Part shown: one piece after another, positions 12,461 to 24,599 of the stretch
Numbering within the stretch: the first letter of the stretch is position 1
How the letters are laid out: the number at the start of each line of letters is the position of its first letter
NCBI RefSeq assembly: GCF_006345805.1
Contig: NC_043022.1
Location: 16,058,001 to 16,122,000, forward strand
Reading direction: 5' to 3'
Length of the DNA stretch: 64,000 bases
From: Octopus sinensis
Lineage: Eukaryota
Position numbers and translations under genes: made by a program
Notes under the pieces: model-generated
Told to the model about the DNA's origin: nothing
Database searches by the model: none
What the model saw: only the letters and a program-made list of their open reading frames with translations

Positions 12461-13464
12461 TTTCTCTCTCCATTTTCAACACGCCTTCATTTGACAGACG
12501 ACTAGAAAACAACTTTCTTTTAAAAAACTCTCACTGTGTGTGTGTTAAGATGAAGATGAAGATGAAGTTGATGGTGAACCACACTCCGTAATCTCTTAAA
12601 TTCCTTCTCCAAATTATATTCTGGGAGAAAAAAACTAACCTTGTTGCACCTGTCTCCCTAAGCCACGGTGCACCTTGCACCTGTTGCATGCACGTGTATG
12701 TATGAATGCATCTTTTTATCCTTTACTGATTCCAGTCATTCGACAACGGCCATGCTGGGGCATCGCCTTGAAGGGTGTGTCAGTCGAACGAATCTACACC
12801 CCCCCCCCGGCACTTGGGTTTTTTTTTTCAAGTCTATTACTGATTCTATCGAAATCTGTTTGCCGAACCGCTATGTTACGGGAACGTAAACAAACCGACA
12901 CCGGCTGTCAAGCATTTGTGGGAGGGAGAGAACAGATACGAACGCACACATATGAATATATACGACGCGCTTCCATACAGTTTCCGTCCACCAGCTCTAC
13001 TCACAAGGCTTTTTAGTCGGCCCCGGAATTATAGTGAAAGAAGTCTCTTGCCCAAGGTGTCACGCCGTGGGATCGAACTCGTAACCATGTGGTTGGGAAG
13101 TCTGCATGTGTACAATAGAAATACATTTTCAAAGTTGTTTTGTTTTCCAGTCAGATGAATTCTTTGACGATTCTTCGAGTTTCCTCCAACTTGGAATCTT
13201 ATAAAACCGAAATAAATTCTACAAGAATTCGTAATAATCAGAAGGCCGATCGATATCGATTAAAGCTTGAAGGTTGTGTGTGTGTGTGTGTGTGCGTGAT
13301 CGATATCATCGATCCCAAGTATTTAACTGGTACTTATCGATGTCATTATTGTTATTGGTGGTGATTAGTAAATGTTTTGTTTTAGACCAGACATGAAGAA
13401 GGAATAAAGATATCTAAGTTCTAATGGTCATCTATTCTCACCGGTTTGTGATGTTTTGCGGCTA

Positions 13465-13753
13465 TGTATAGGTATGTGTGTGTGTGTATCTGTATGTACG
13501 TGTGTGTGTGTATATATGTATGTATCCGTATGTACATGTGTGTGTGTGTGTGTGTGTATATGTATGTATCTGTATGTACGTGTGTGTGTATATATATGTA
13601 TGTACATGTGTGTGTGTATATATGTATGTATCTGTATGTACGTGTGTGTGTATATATATGTATGTATCTGTATGTACATGTGTGTGTGTGTGTGTGTGTA
13701 TATGTATGTATCTGTATGTACATATGTGTGTATATGTATGTATCTGTATGTAC

Positions 13754-13784
<31 letters not shown>

Positions 13785-13785
13785 G
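13465..13785. repeat. Compound TG/TA minisatellite (tatgtatgtatctgtatgtac + (TG)n)
   Basis: Direct inspection. Confidence 0.95.
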
Positions 13786-13926
13786 CCTAGAGGTCGACTT
13801 TGCCTTTCATCCTTTCGGGGTTGATTAATTAAGTACCAGTTACGCACTGGGGTCGATGTAATCGACTTAATCCCTTTGTCTGTCCTTGTTTGTCCCCTCT
13901 GTGTTTAGCCCCTTGTGGGCAGTAGA

Positions 13927-13968
<42 letters not shown>

Positions 13969-15194
13969 TATATATATATATATAGCCTGTATATATATGG
14001 GTTCATAACCACAACGTTGTGTATATTTCTATGAATGTGAAACAACAGCTAAAATTTTCCTCAAATCCCATCTTGATCGTTTATCTCGAGGAGAGGAAGG
14101 ATATGTTAGAGAACATAATCATAGTCAGAAGGGGAGGAACAAAAAAAGAAACGATGAGGTGGCCGGTCACGGTTGGCACGCTTTTGGTCACGAGTTTTAC
14201 TCGATCGGTGGTGACTGAGGGTCAAACAACAAGTGAAATATTTCTATTTAAAGTATTGTTATTGTTGTTTCGCCATAGGTCAGACTTGTGGCCAAAGACA
14301 ACCGACGTCTATGTGCTTTTTTGGTGGTACATAGGTCGAGGGAGCCTGGATGCGGTCAGGAATCGTGCGAGAAATAACAGCCAGATCTCCCTCAACTGGC
14401 ATCTTTCTGCCAAAAAAAAAAAAAAAAAGCGAGTGAGGGAAGGACATTTGATAATGTCATCCTAAATATACACTGTCTGTATAAAAGATGCAGTGGTCAC
14501 GGCTGGAAGACCTTTGATTGTCGGTGTTCTCTATCAGAGCTGACTCGGGGTTAAACAACTATTATATAAAGGCGTTTAGCCAAATTTTTCCAACGCATGG
14601 CTTTTTTTTTTACGTTTAAGATTTTACAGATAAAAATATTATATTACTTCTGACTACTGCAAATGTTTGATATGATGAAAATATGTGTGTGTATATATAA
14701 GATAACTTTATATGGATGAACATAATTAATGACTGTGTCATTATGTAATTACTCTACGTCAATCAAGGTAACAGCATCATCTCAGGGTTGGTAAAGATGG
14801 AAGGGGTGCGCAGAGTTCTAGAAGAACAGAAAATATTCTTCATCTGACGACCATGATGATGATGAGATAGAGTTGTGTCTCGAGAAAGGGCGGTTGTTCT
14901 TAGGACTTAGGCTTTTCTCTCCTTGTTCATATTAGGCCTATGTACAAAGGCATTCCGGCTATGACCATTCCTTGGGGTTTTTTTTTTTTCAAGCATAGTA
15001 TACTCCGGATTAAATTATCCAATATCTCCCTGTTTTAAAGGACAATAGGATGTTTTGTTTTAGGAAGATTTAGCTGCGATTTCTTCTAATTCAGCTGTTA
15101 TGTAGGGGCCCTGACTGTGCATCACAAAGTGGGGGTTTTTAAGGACCGGTGCTTAGTTCTCTCTTTCTCTGCCTATTTGTTTATCTGTCTGTCT

Positions 15195-15286
15195 AGACAG
15201 ACAGAAAGATAGATAGCTAGAAAGACAGATAGACAGACAGACAGATAGCTAGCTAGATAGATAAATAGACAGACAGACAGACAGAC

Positions 15287-15353
<67 letters not shown>

Positions 15354-15399
15354 CAGATATACAGACAGACAGATAGCTAGCTAGATAGATGGATGGATG

Positions 15400-15459
<60 letters not shown>

Positions 15460-15540
15460 TATAGATAGATAGAAAAACAGATAGACAGACAGACAGACAT
15501 ATAGATAGATAGAAAAACAGACAGACAGATTGACAGACGG
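15195..15540. repeat. (GATA/GACA)n microsatellite
   Basis: Direct inspection. Confidence 0.95.
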
Positions 15541-16607
15541 ACATCTCCTTGGATAATTTGTGAAACTATTATTTCATGATTTGGTGCCTGTTTTCAATAG
15601 CTAGGCGAACTGTTGACTCTTAGAATCCTACCAAATCTACTCGGGGCCGCGTTTTTTCTACCCAGTGTGACGAGCTTTGTAGAGCAGGTGTCCCTGGATT
15701 TCGGGCTTTGCGGGCAGGGTTTTGTGTAGAATGGATGTAAAATGCAGGCGACAACAATAACAGTTTTAACGACGATGTTGGTGAAACTTAATGCAAACCT
15801 CAGCGGGTCGAAATATATACCCAATGATTAAAATATTTAATGTAGAAAAAATATATATATATATATAAAGAAAGTCAACATGCTATCGTGTAAAACTTAT
15901 TTCGGGTTGGGTTTGCCTTTCGTCTGTTAAAGACCGATAACATTAATTTAAGCAATAAGCTGTTTTTTTGACAGATATAGCCTCAGTTTTCTGGGGGAGG
16001 GGTCACCGTCGCTTATATCGACTTCAGTACTTGACAGAAATTTTATTTTATTGACTTCAGGAAGAACGAAAGGCAAATTTGTCCTCGGTAAGATTTGAAC
16101 CCCCAAGCATAAAGGGCTGTCTCGAAATACCGCAAGACATTTTGTCCGACGCTCTAACGATTCCGCCAATCCACCACCACCACGACCACCGTCGCCTCCC
16201 TAATATTAGTAATATATTGCGATCGATTCTATTGATTTATTATTCCACTTGAAAATCGACCTTCAGCCTGGTAAAGAGAAAACATTTATGGTATTTACAT
16301 ATTTTTAAAGGGTAACAGAGCATTGTTGGAGATATGATCTTTTGGGTACCTCCATAGCAGAGGAAACCAACGTCCTTGTGTGATGGTGTAAGTGATAGGT
16401 GTGGTCGTTATCGATAATATATTATTGATACAGACACTTGAAATACTGACATACGCGGAACACGGTCACCTGAACGTACTCTACGAGTCGTCGAGGTAGC
16501 CTCTACGTGCACGACATACAACCTGCTAGAAACAACAGCTAAATTCTCTTTAAACCACACCCACCTGGCTTGAAAATAGGAAGAAGATATTCGGTAACGC
16601 ATTTCTA

Positions 16608-16899
16608 GGCAATCTTTCGTCTCTAGTAGACCTTTCCGTCGATTTCCGTAAAAAAATTTTTTTTTTTACATATGGGCTTGCGGGAACTTTTGAAGTAATA
16701 CACACACACACACACACACACACGTCCATCAATGCTCCCATGCACGGTAACTTCAAAAGAACTTCCCTCGTCATACAATCGCTTTCTCTTAGTCTCTTTC
16801 GCTCTCATTACTTCAAAAGTTCCCGCAAGCCCATATGTAAAAAAAAATTAATTTTTTACGGAAATCGACGGAAAGGTCTACTAGAGACGAAAGATTGCC
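16608..16899. mobile_element. Young MITE with ~91-bp TIRs, GG termini and a perfect 8-bp TSD; Merlin/IS1016-like
   Basis: TIRs GGCAATCTTTCGTCTCTAGTAGACC... (16608-16699 and 16807-16899) differ only in an A/T homopolymer. TSD CATTTCTA at 16600-16607 and 16900-16907. Confidence 0.75.
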
Positions 16900-17160
16900 C
16901 ATTTCTATGTTGTCCCTGTCTTTACAACAGGGTAGTCGTGGCCGGAACGCTTTTGATCATAGGTTCGCTCAGTCCGGCTTTATCCGGGAGCTAAACAACA
17001 GCGAGCACGTGTGCATATTAAACATTCACCAACTTAACAACATCAGGCGTTAAAAGCATGCATGCATGTCGTGCACGTGCAGATATAAACATGCATGTGC
17101 GCACGCGCACTTGCGATGCATTTTGCATGCATCAAAACGCGCACATACATTCAGACTCTG

Positions 17161-17536
17161 TGTGTGTTTGTCATTTGACTGTGGCCGTGCTGGAGCACCG
17201 CCTTTAGTCGAGCAAATCGACCCCGGGACTCGTAAGCCCAGTACTTATTCTATCGGTCTCTTTTTGCCGAACCGCTAAGTTACGGGGACGTAAACACACC
17301 AGCATCGGTTGTCAAGCAATGCTAGGGGGACAAACACAGGCACACACACACATATATATACAAATACATATATACGACAGGCTTCTTTCAGTTTCCGTCT
17401 ACCAAATCCACTCACAAGGCATTGGTCGGCCCGGGGCTATAGCAGAAGACACTTGCCCAAGATGCCACGCAGTGGGACTGAACCCAGAACTATGTGGCTG
17501 GTTAGCAAGCTACTTACCACACAGCCACTCCTGCGC
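17161..17536 (-). mobile_element. tRNA-derived SINE family A (A box TGGCTGTGTGG, B box GGTTCAGTCCC, CORE-like segment, internal TA/GT microsatellite)
   Basis: Near-identical to copies at 25569, 42281, 49076, 50596, 53433 and 62450; older copies near 8850-9060, 12700-13103, 43450-43600, 56220-56570 and 60647-60965. Confidence 0.9.
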
Positions 17537-18539
17537 TGTGTGTGTGTGTGAATGAAGTGCTCGTACGTGTGTAACCAGCAAATGAGAGAACTTCCACATC
17601 AGGCGTGGACGACCTTTTCCGTAGAACGGGCACACGAGACATGGTTATCGTTAAGCGGGCCGTAGTAAAAAAAAACAAAAAACAAAAAAAAAAAACTAAC
17701 AACAACAAAAACTGAAGGTAATTTTTCGTTAGGCATGCCATTCAGAAAGTCCCGCGGGCCACAGGTCGTTCATGATTGGTCTACGTTGTCACTCGACTTG
17801 ATAGAATAGCAGCCGAATCTCCCTCAAACCCCACCCGACTGTCTTAAGAAGCAGAAACGAGTGGACATTGATATTCCGACTTTAGCCGTAGCTCTACGTT
17901 TTGTTTCTGGAAGGAAAAAAACAAAAATATAAACGGTTCTGCTATGATTGGAATACGTTCGATCATTGATAAGTCAACTGCATCGATGTATCAGGAAGGG
18001 CTGTCTTGAGATTGACAAAGAAAAGAAAGCAAAACAACCACTGCAAATGGCACAAACACAAAAAAATAGTATAAATGGAAACAAAAAAGAAGAAAAGAAA
18101 CAAGGGGAAAGAAAACAACGTATCACAAGTTAAAAGGACAGAGATGTTGACTGAAAGCTTTTTACGTCACAACTTTCACTTTCACTTTCTCTCTTCGTCA
18201 TGTTTGAGTAAAGAAATCTTAACGTTTTTTGTATTTTTATTTTTTGACTCATTGAGGCAACTATAGCCTCTGTACTGTAGTGTAGGCCCTTCGACAGACG
18301 GGTTTGTAACTAGGATTCGATACCCTAGTTGGAACTGTTACCTTATTACATAACACCACGAAATATATTAAAAAAAAAACAAAAAACATTACAAATCCCG
18401 ATTTTCATCTTTTTTTTTTGTCTTTTAAAAGAAAATCTCAGATTTCCTTCCGTGATGAAACATTATTGTTGTTGTTGTTGTTGTTGTTATTCACCATTTT
18501 GGGGTTGATAAAATAAAATACTAATTGAGCATTGGGGAT

Positions 18540-19580
18540 CGATCTAAACGACCACCCCCTCTCCCGTCGATTTTGGCTTTCATCTTTTCGAGATCGATGA
18601 AATTAAGTACCAGCTGGGTATTGGGGTCGATGTAATCGGTTTATCCCTCTCCCCAATTTCTGGCCTTGTGCCAAAATTTGAGGCCATTATCATTATTACT
18701 ATTGAATCGTTAGAGTGCTGGAAAACGTGCTTAGCGGCATTTCGTCTGTCTTTAAGTTCTGAGTTCAAATTTCGCTGAGGTCGACTTTGCCTTTCATCCT
18801 TTCGGAAACGATGAAATAAGTACCTGTAATACACTGGGGTCCTCCCCCAAACATTCAGGCCTTTTGCCTATTGCAGAAGGATTATTATTATTATCATCAT
18901 CATTAGGGTGCTTGAGAAAAATGCTTAGCAACATTAGGTCTGTCTCTAAGTTCTGAGTTCAAATTCCACTGAGGTCGACTTTGTCTTTCATCTCTAGCGT
19001 AGTTTGAGGGAGGCGGCACCACTTTTGGGTCTGTTGTAGGCAATATATATTTTTGTGAGGGCCCGTGGCCGGCAGACCGAAAGGCCACCCCGGGCGGAAC
19101 ATACTCTAGCTATGCTAGTGTCTTTCATCCTTTCGGGGTCGACGCAATCGACTAGCCCTATCCCCTAAATTTTAGGCCTTGTGCGTATGGTAGAAAGGAT
19201 TATTATGTCGAATCGTTAGAATGCTGCGGGAAAATGCTTTGCGGTATTTCTTTCGGCCCTTCAAATTTTGCCGAGGTTAGCTCTGCCTTTTATCCCCTCG
19301 AGGTCAATAAAATAAAGTACAAGTCAAGTTTTGTGACAGATATAAACGACTTCCCCCTCCCCTCAAAACTGCTGGGTTCGTGCCAAAATTCTAATTATTA
19401 TTGAATCGTTAGAAGTGCTGAAAAATATGCTTTGTGATATTTCGGCATTTTTGAGTTCAAATCCCGCCAAGACTAGCTTTTCGGGGTCAACAAAAAAAGT
19501 ACCAGTCACGTACTGGGGTTGACAGTGTTAACTAAGACACCAACCCTCAAAAATTTCCGGCCTTGTGCAGAAACCATTTT
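18540..19580 (+). repeat. Cluster of at least five family D SINE fragments separated by (ATT)n
   Basis: Repeated gttctgagttcaaatt...gaggtcgactttgcctttcatcctttcgggg. Confidence 0.8.
18992..19120. mobile_element. Small hAT-like MITE inserted into a SINE
   Basis: CTCTAGCGTAG ... CTAGCTATGCTAGTG; perfect 8-bp TSD TCTTTCAT duplicating SINE sequence. Confidence 0.8.
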
Positions 19581-19713
19581 TACCACCAAGAGAGTATCAG
19601 ATACGGTAGAGCGCCGGACGCGATGCTGTACAGCAATTTAGTTTTATCCTCCTTTGTTTTTAAATCCCATTGAATCGTTTTGCATTCTGAGGGAAAAAAA
19701 GGGGTGGTGGTGA

Positions 19714-19869
19714 CACTAGCGAAGCTAGAGTGAGTGCCGCCCAGGGAGGCCCTCCCGTTTGCCGCCCCCGGACCCACAAAAAAACATTACCTACAGCAGA
19801 CCCCCAGAGTACCGCGCCTTTGAAAGTGCCTCCCGGGGTGGACCACCCCACTCCCTAGCTACGCTAGTG
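19714..19869. mobile_element. Second copy of the same MITE family, opposite orientation
   Basis: CACTAGCGAAGCTAG ... CTAGCTACGCTAGTG; TSD ggtggtga / ggtggtgg. Confidence 0.75.
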
Positions 19870-20118
19870 GGTGGTGGCAAGCATGTAGCGGAGTCTAAAA
19901 TTAGCTTATTTGGGGCTACCCACTCCGTTCACAATTGTATGAAATTATTAGCAAGCATGTTTAGCAGTTATACTAACAAATAGTAGTTTTGAAGTACATC
20001 TGTAGTTTAAAGGTTTGAGTTTTATTACTTAAAAAGAAACTAAATCTGATATATATATATATATATATATATATTTTTTCCCTCTGTCTTCACTTCTCTG
20101 GATCTTTCCTTCTCCTAT

Positions 20119-20153
20119 GTTTCCGACGAAGAGCTCCGCTCGAAACGTTAAAC
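20119..20153 (+). ncRNA. Minimal hammerhead-like motif (variant core CCGACGA) within a ~175-bp insert between (TA)n tracts
   Basis: GUUU - CCGACGA - A - GAGC(UCC)GCUC - GAAA - CG - UU - AAAC: stem I GUUU/AAAC, stem II GAGC/GCUC, self-complementary ACGU in place of stem III (would need a dimer). U4C change and an extra A after the core. Confidence 0.6.
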
Positions 20154-20706
20154 CCTTCTTCTTTCCTGAGCGTCTAATAATACTATATTTGTTCCACGTC
20201 CTCGCGTTGTTGTGTGTTTTTTTTTTTGAGCTTTCTTGTTTGGATTAACTATATATATATATATATATATGCATGCATGTGTGTGTGTATCACGTGATAG
20301 ACCAGACTATTGTACATCGCTGATCACACTGCGCTTTGGCTCTTTTTTTTAATCCTTCGATCGATGCCACCCCGCTGGCTAGTCGAGCAGGCCTGATCGG
20401 AAGGCTAATCCGTCGTAGGATTACGCATTGTTTACAGCTGAGGGAACAGGAGCAACATGAGATTGCTCATGAAGAATCGAACCCACGATCTACCTGTTGC
20501 GAGTGCAGCACACACACATTCTGCTTCATCGTATCCCGTCTGACCCACGTGAGATTCAAAGGGGTACGTTAAAACAACGATGATGACAAACACTTAGACA
20601 CACGAGGCAAAGATTGGCAGTCTCCTCGAATATGATACCCTTCTGAAAAATACTGGGTGCTGTTTTTATATTTAATTTCACATCAGATGACTGAATATGT
20701 ATTGCT

Positions 20707-20870
20707 TTTTCGAATAATGGTTCTCGAAGTACATTGCATACAGCTGTAAAGAGCGGCATCTAATTACGGGTTGAAAAACGCTTTTGGACAGAAAAGTCGA
20801 AGGCTGGGTTCTTCAACATGCAGTTCTTTATGGCTGTATGTAATGTACCTCGAGAACCATTATTGCAAAA
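20707..20870. repeat. Imperfect foldback with ~46-bp arms and a partly paired 72-nt spacer
   Basis: ttttcgaataatggttctcgaagtacattgcatacagctgtaaaga versus tctttatggctgtatgtaatgtacctcgagaaccattattgcaaaa. Confidence 0.75.
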
Positions 20871-20926
20871 CAGAATTATTTCTCATTCATTCGAAAGCTT
20901 ATAGAATATTTATAGCGCCAACAAAC

Positions 20927-21432
20927 ATACATACATGCATGCATGCATACCTACCTACCTACCTACCTACATACATACAACATACATACATACATACATA
21001 CCTACCTACCTACATGCATACATACATACTACCTACCTACCTACATACATACATGCATGCATGCATGCATACATACATACCTACATACACACACATACAT
21101 GCATGCATACATACCTACCTACATGCATACATACATACATGCATGCATGCACACATACATACATAGATACATACCTACATACATACATACTTACATACAT
21201 GCATGCATGCATGCACACATACATACATAGATACATACCTACCTACATACATACATACTTACATACATACATACATGCATGCATACATACATGCATGCAT
21301 GCATACATACATACATACCGACATGCATGCATACATACATACATACCGACATGCATGCATGCATACATACATACATACATGCATGCATGCATACATACAT
21401 ACATACATGCATACATAATGCGTATGTATGTA
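20927..21432. repeat. (CATA/CATG/CCTA)n microsatellite
   Basis: Direct inspection. Confidence 0.95.
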
Positions 21433-22059
21433 TGTCAGTCATTGTTCAGTTTTATTTCAAGATTTTTTGCAAATAGAGAAAGAGCCGGTTTCTAACCCAA
21501 ATCCAAGGTCCCTAACAACCTAAATCCACAACTACTTTACCTCAACCGGTCCAGCTCTCTTTAATACCTTACCAAAATACGTCAAAACGGAAACGGATCC
21601 CATAAAAGAGAAATTCTCTTTTCTAGCCGTAGTAGCTATAGCGAAATAGGTCATATGGAGGACGCATGGAAGAGGTATTGCATCAGGCCCTTCGTCTTCG
21701 AGTATGCTTTGGTTAACCTCTTTTTATATCACCTGAGAGGGAAAGCATGCCTGAAGAAGAAATGTCTGACGTCAAAAAAGTACGAATGAAGATGGAAGAA
21801 AGTAGCCCGAATGCTGGATATGTAAGTGCCCGATTAGACGGAGTAAAAAACAAAAGGACGAAGTAAAATGGTTCAACGCAAGAGTGTGGTTGGTGGGGGT
21901 TAAACCCATTCCGCGTCCATTCATTTTCTTTTCATTTTCATCCGAAATTATAATGTATTTGTTCACATATTTAATATCATTCGATAGGTCCCCGATCCCG
22001 TTTGTCCTGTGTATTGTCCTCTCTTTGTTTAACCCTTGTGGTTTGAATAAAATCATATT

Positions 22060-22190
22060 TTACGCGCCACGTGATTGGACCTTCGATCCAACTCCCGCGC
22101 AACACTTCAACCAATCACAACACAGGACTCAACAAATGTCCCACCATTCACATTATAGGGATGTTGGCCAATCACTATAGACTAACGCGA
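22060..22190. promoter_or_regulatory. Promoter-like cluster: E-box, three CCAAT boxes, E2F-like words
   Basis: CACGTG at 22068, ATTGG at 22074, CCAATCA at ~22111 and ~22168, and CpG-rich words, in non-repeat sequence. Confidence 0.45.
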
Positions 22191-22250
22191 TGAGACTAAA
22201 TAAATCGAAATGTTTTCCATATTCCACAATAGAAATTGGTCTCGCTACAC

Positions 22251-22469
22251 CAGTGGTTTTGAACCAGGGTTCCGCGGAACCTTAGGGTTCTGCCAGTACA
22301 GTCCAGGGGTTCCGCAAGAAGTTACAAAACTGCTAAAATCGGAAGTAATTTTTAATTCTCCTGTGCAGATATGTGTACATAAGACTGTTAAATTATTGCA
22401 CAGGGGTTCCTCGAGCCAGTGGAATGTTTCCTTGGGGTTCCGCTCCAGCAAAAAGTTTGAAAAGCATTG
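22251..22469. mobile_element. hAT MITE, family shared with 29020-29211
   Basis: CAGTGGTTTTGAAC ... TTTGAAAAGCATTG; perfect 8-bp TSD CGCTACAC. Confidence 0.85.
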
Positions 22470-23362
22470 CGCTACACAATTACGCCGTGGGAAAGTCATC
22501 TTAACCAATAAAAAGATACACACCCTGTTACATTTCCTTGTCTTTTGTTTCGTGATGATATAGTGTACTATAGGGTGGCGAGTGGCAGAGTCTTTACCAC
22601 GCCGGGTAAAACTGCTTGACGGCAGTTCATTCGTTTTCTGTTCCGATTTCGAATTCCTCTGAAGTCGACTCCACCTTTCATCCTTTCAAAGTCCCCCAAA
22701 ATTTTAAAAATACCAGTTGAGCACGGTGAGGGGGGGATGTAATCGACTTACCCCTCCCCCAAACTGCTTTCCTTGTACCAAAATCTGAAATCAATGTTGG
22801 GTACTATTTATATATGCTTTTATACCACGCACGTATGTGTTTAACTTTGAAATAACAACTTTACATAAAAGAAAATCACAAAAGGAAATCGATATTTAGT
22901 CTTTGCCTCAATCTCTGATATATTCACGTTCTGATTTCAAATTGCTCCGAGGTCGACTTTACCTTTCGTCCTATCAGGGTCCATAAAATAAGCAGCAATT
23001 GAACTCTGGGGCTGACTTGATGCTGAATGTTCAAATTTTGCCCACGTAAACATCGATTTTATCGTTTTGCCTTAGCATATCAAAGTCTATCAATCTCTTA
23101 GCTTTGAACCTAATTGAGAACCTCGATGAAACGGACCAAATGCTTGAATGTATGTGGGTATAATTACTTACTCCCTTATACGACCTATTAAATTCGATAG
23201 TCTCCTGTTACTACATACACTATATACATAAGTGCAGGAACGAAATTTGCTTAGGGGCTGCAAACCCCAGTCGAAAATGTTTTACAAACAAGGTTGATTT
23301 TGTTTTTTCAGTCTTTTAATATCGAAACAAAGACTGTTATAATAATAATTATTATATTTATA

Positions 23363-23530
23363 TACATCAATCAAATCAGACAAGTCCAATAATAGAAAAG
23401 TAATGTTTCACATCAGCACGAAAATGTTTTTACGCTCGCTCGTTTTGGCGATGAAGTTTTTCAGGAGGATGTTCAAAGCGTTTTCACTGCATCCCCTCCT
23501 ACAAATTTTAGGGGCTGCAAGCGCACCCCA
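23363..23530 (+). repeat. Dispersed ~170-bp repeat, second copy at 27670-27838
   Basis: Shared tacatcaatcaaatcaga...aatagaaaagtaatgtttcacat...acaaattttagggg.tgc..gcacccc. Confidence 0.7.
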
Positions 23531-23544
23531 ACCAATGTCTATGT

Positions 23545-24234
23545 CAGGGTTGGCCAACCTGTCTTTTATTTTGCGGCTCGCTTGATACATTTTTGAAACG
23601 GGTTTATTTAAAATAATAATAATGAAATTATTGTATACAGTGCTCAGGTGCACCACAACTTGTCAGAAAGTGCATATAAAGTACATGCAGTAATGTAAAA
23701 ATGTCTGGAAAGCGAACAATGTATGAGTCAGATACATGCTTGTGTGTGTAAGGAGGGGAGAAAATCAGGTGTAGTGTTGGCGAATCTCAGGAAGCATGGA
23801 AGTTTTGAAGGATGCAGTGCTCCGACAACTAACAACTGATGCCGGCAGTCTGTTCCATGCTTCAGCAACTCTCAGCGTGAAAAAATGTTTCCTGAAGTCA
23901 TGGGAGCTGTGCTGTTTTCTGACTTTGTAAATGTGTCCACGGGTGTTAGATGGGTGGAGTTTGAAAAGGTGCTAAAGGTGTTTGAAAAGGTGTTAAATAG
24001 ACATTTTAAAAATTTTATCAAAAATTAAAGATTGCAATGAAAAGTAAAAAAGAAAGATACTACTATTTTTTCAATGATAATATTTTCATATTGAATCAGC
24101 GATCATTCATTTATTATTGTAATAATAGCATGAGAAAACAAAACGCTTTCAATTCTGTCAGTGTACAAGCGGCCCTCAAAAGAACTTTCTGTGATTAAAG
24201 TGGCCCGCCATGTAATTCGAGTTGGCCGTACCTG
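23545..24234. mobile_element. hAT MITE interrupted by a CR1 fragment
   Basis: TIR CAGGGTTGGCCAAC / GTTGGCCGTACCTG (11 of 14); decayed TSD gtctatgt / gtctttat. Confidence 0.6.
23605..23985 (-). mobile_element. 5'-truncated CR1-clade LINE (ORF2 C-terminus, 3' UTR and ATT tail)
   Basis: Open frame HLFKLHPSNTRGHIYKVRKQHSSHDFRKHFFTLRVAEAWNRLPASVVSCRSTASFKTSMLPEIRQHYT* matches the CR1 TRGH...RxxFFxxRVxxxWNxLP motif. Confidence 0.9.
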
Positions 24235-24599
24235 GTCTTTATAAACCTTAGCACACGTGAACGAACATGCACATACATACGTTCACAAATATACACACCC
24301 TCATTCACAATTATGTATGTTCACTTGAATTTTCGGACATGTCAGCTCATGCGGTGATATCTTGTGACACTCCGTACATTAAGAAACATCGTTCAGTCCA
24401 CCTGAAATGCACGTGCAAGAGCGAACATACACATCTACGATTACACAGTCACAGACACCCCCCAAATCTTGTAACAAATGGCACATATCAGTCAGTGCAC
24501 ACATATGTGCACAGATTTGCTCCTCTTTTAATCTCTCGAAATATTGGAGTTTCAACGTTCATCTCTTCTCAAGCGCTCTTTGTAGAGTTAGGAGGTGAA

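Noticed and set aside
14750-14960. Minus-strand peptide PKNNRPFSRHNSISSSSWSSDEEYF
   Set aside because: No usable in-frame acceptor, and it overlaps a dispersed repeat (caaaggcattcc.gctatgacc).
15599-15824. Open frames on both strands (LGELLTLRILPNLLGAAFF...; PEIQGHLLYK PH-like word)
   Set aside because: No consistent donor/acceptor pair and no sustained similarity to a family I recognise; unresolved rather than excluded.
17040-17150. Alternating purine-pyrimidine stretch (Z-DNA potential), also 55560-55620
   Set aside because: Common in this microsatellite-rich genome; nothing indicates function.
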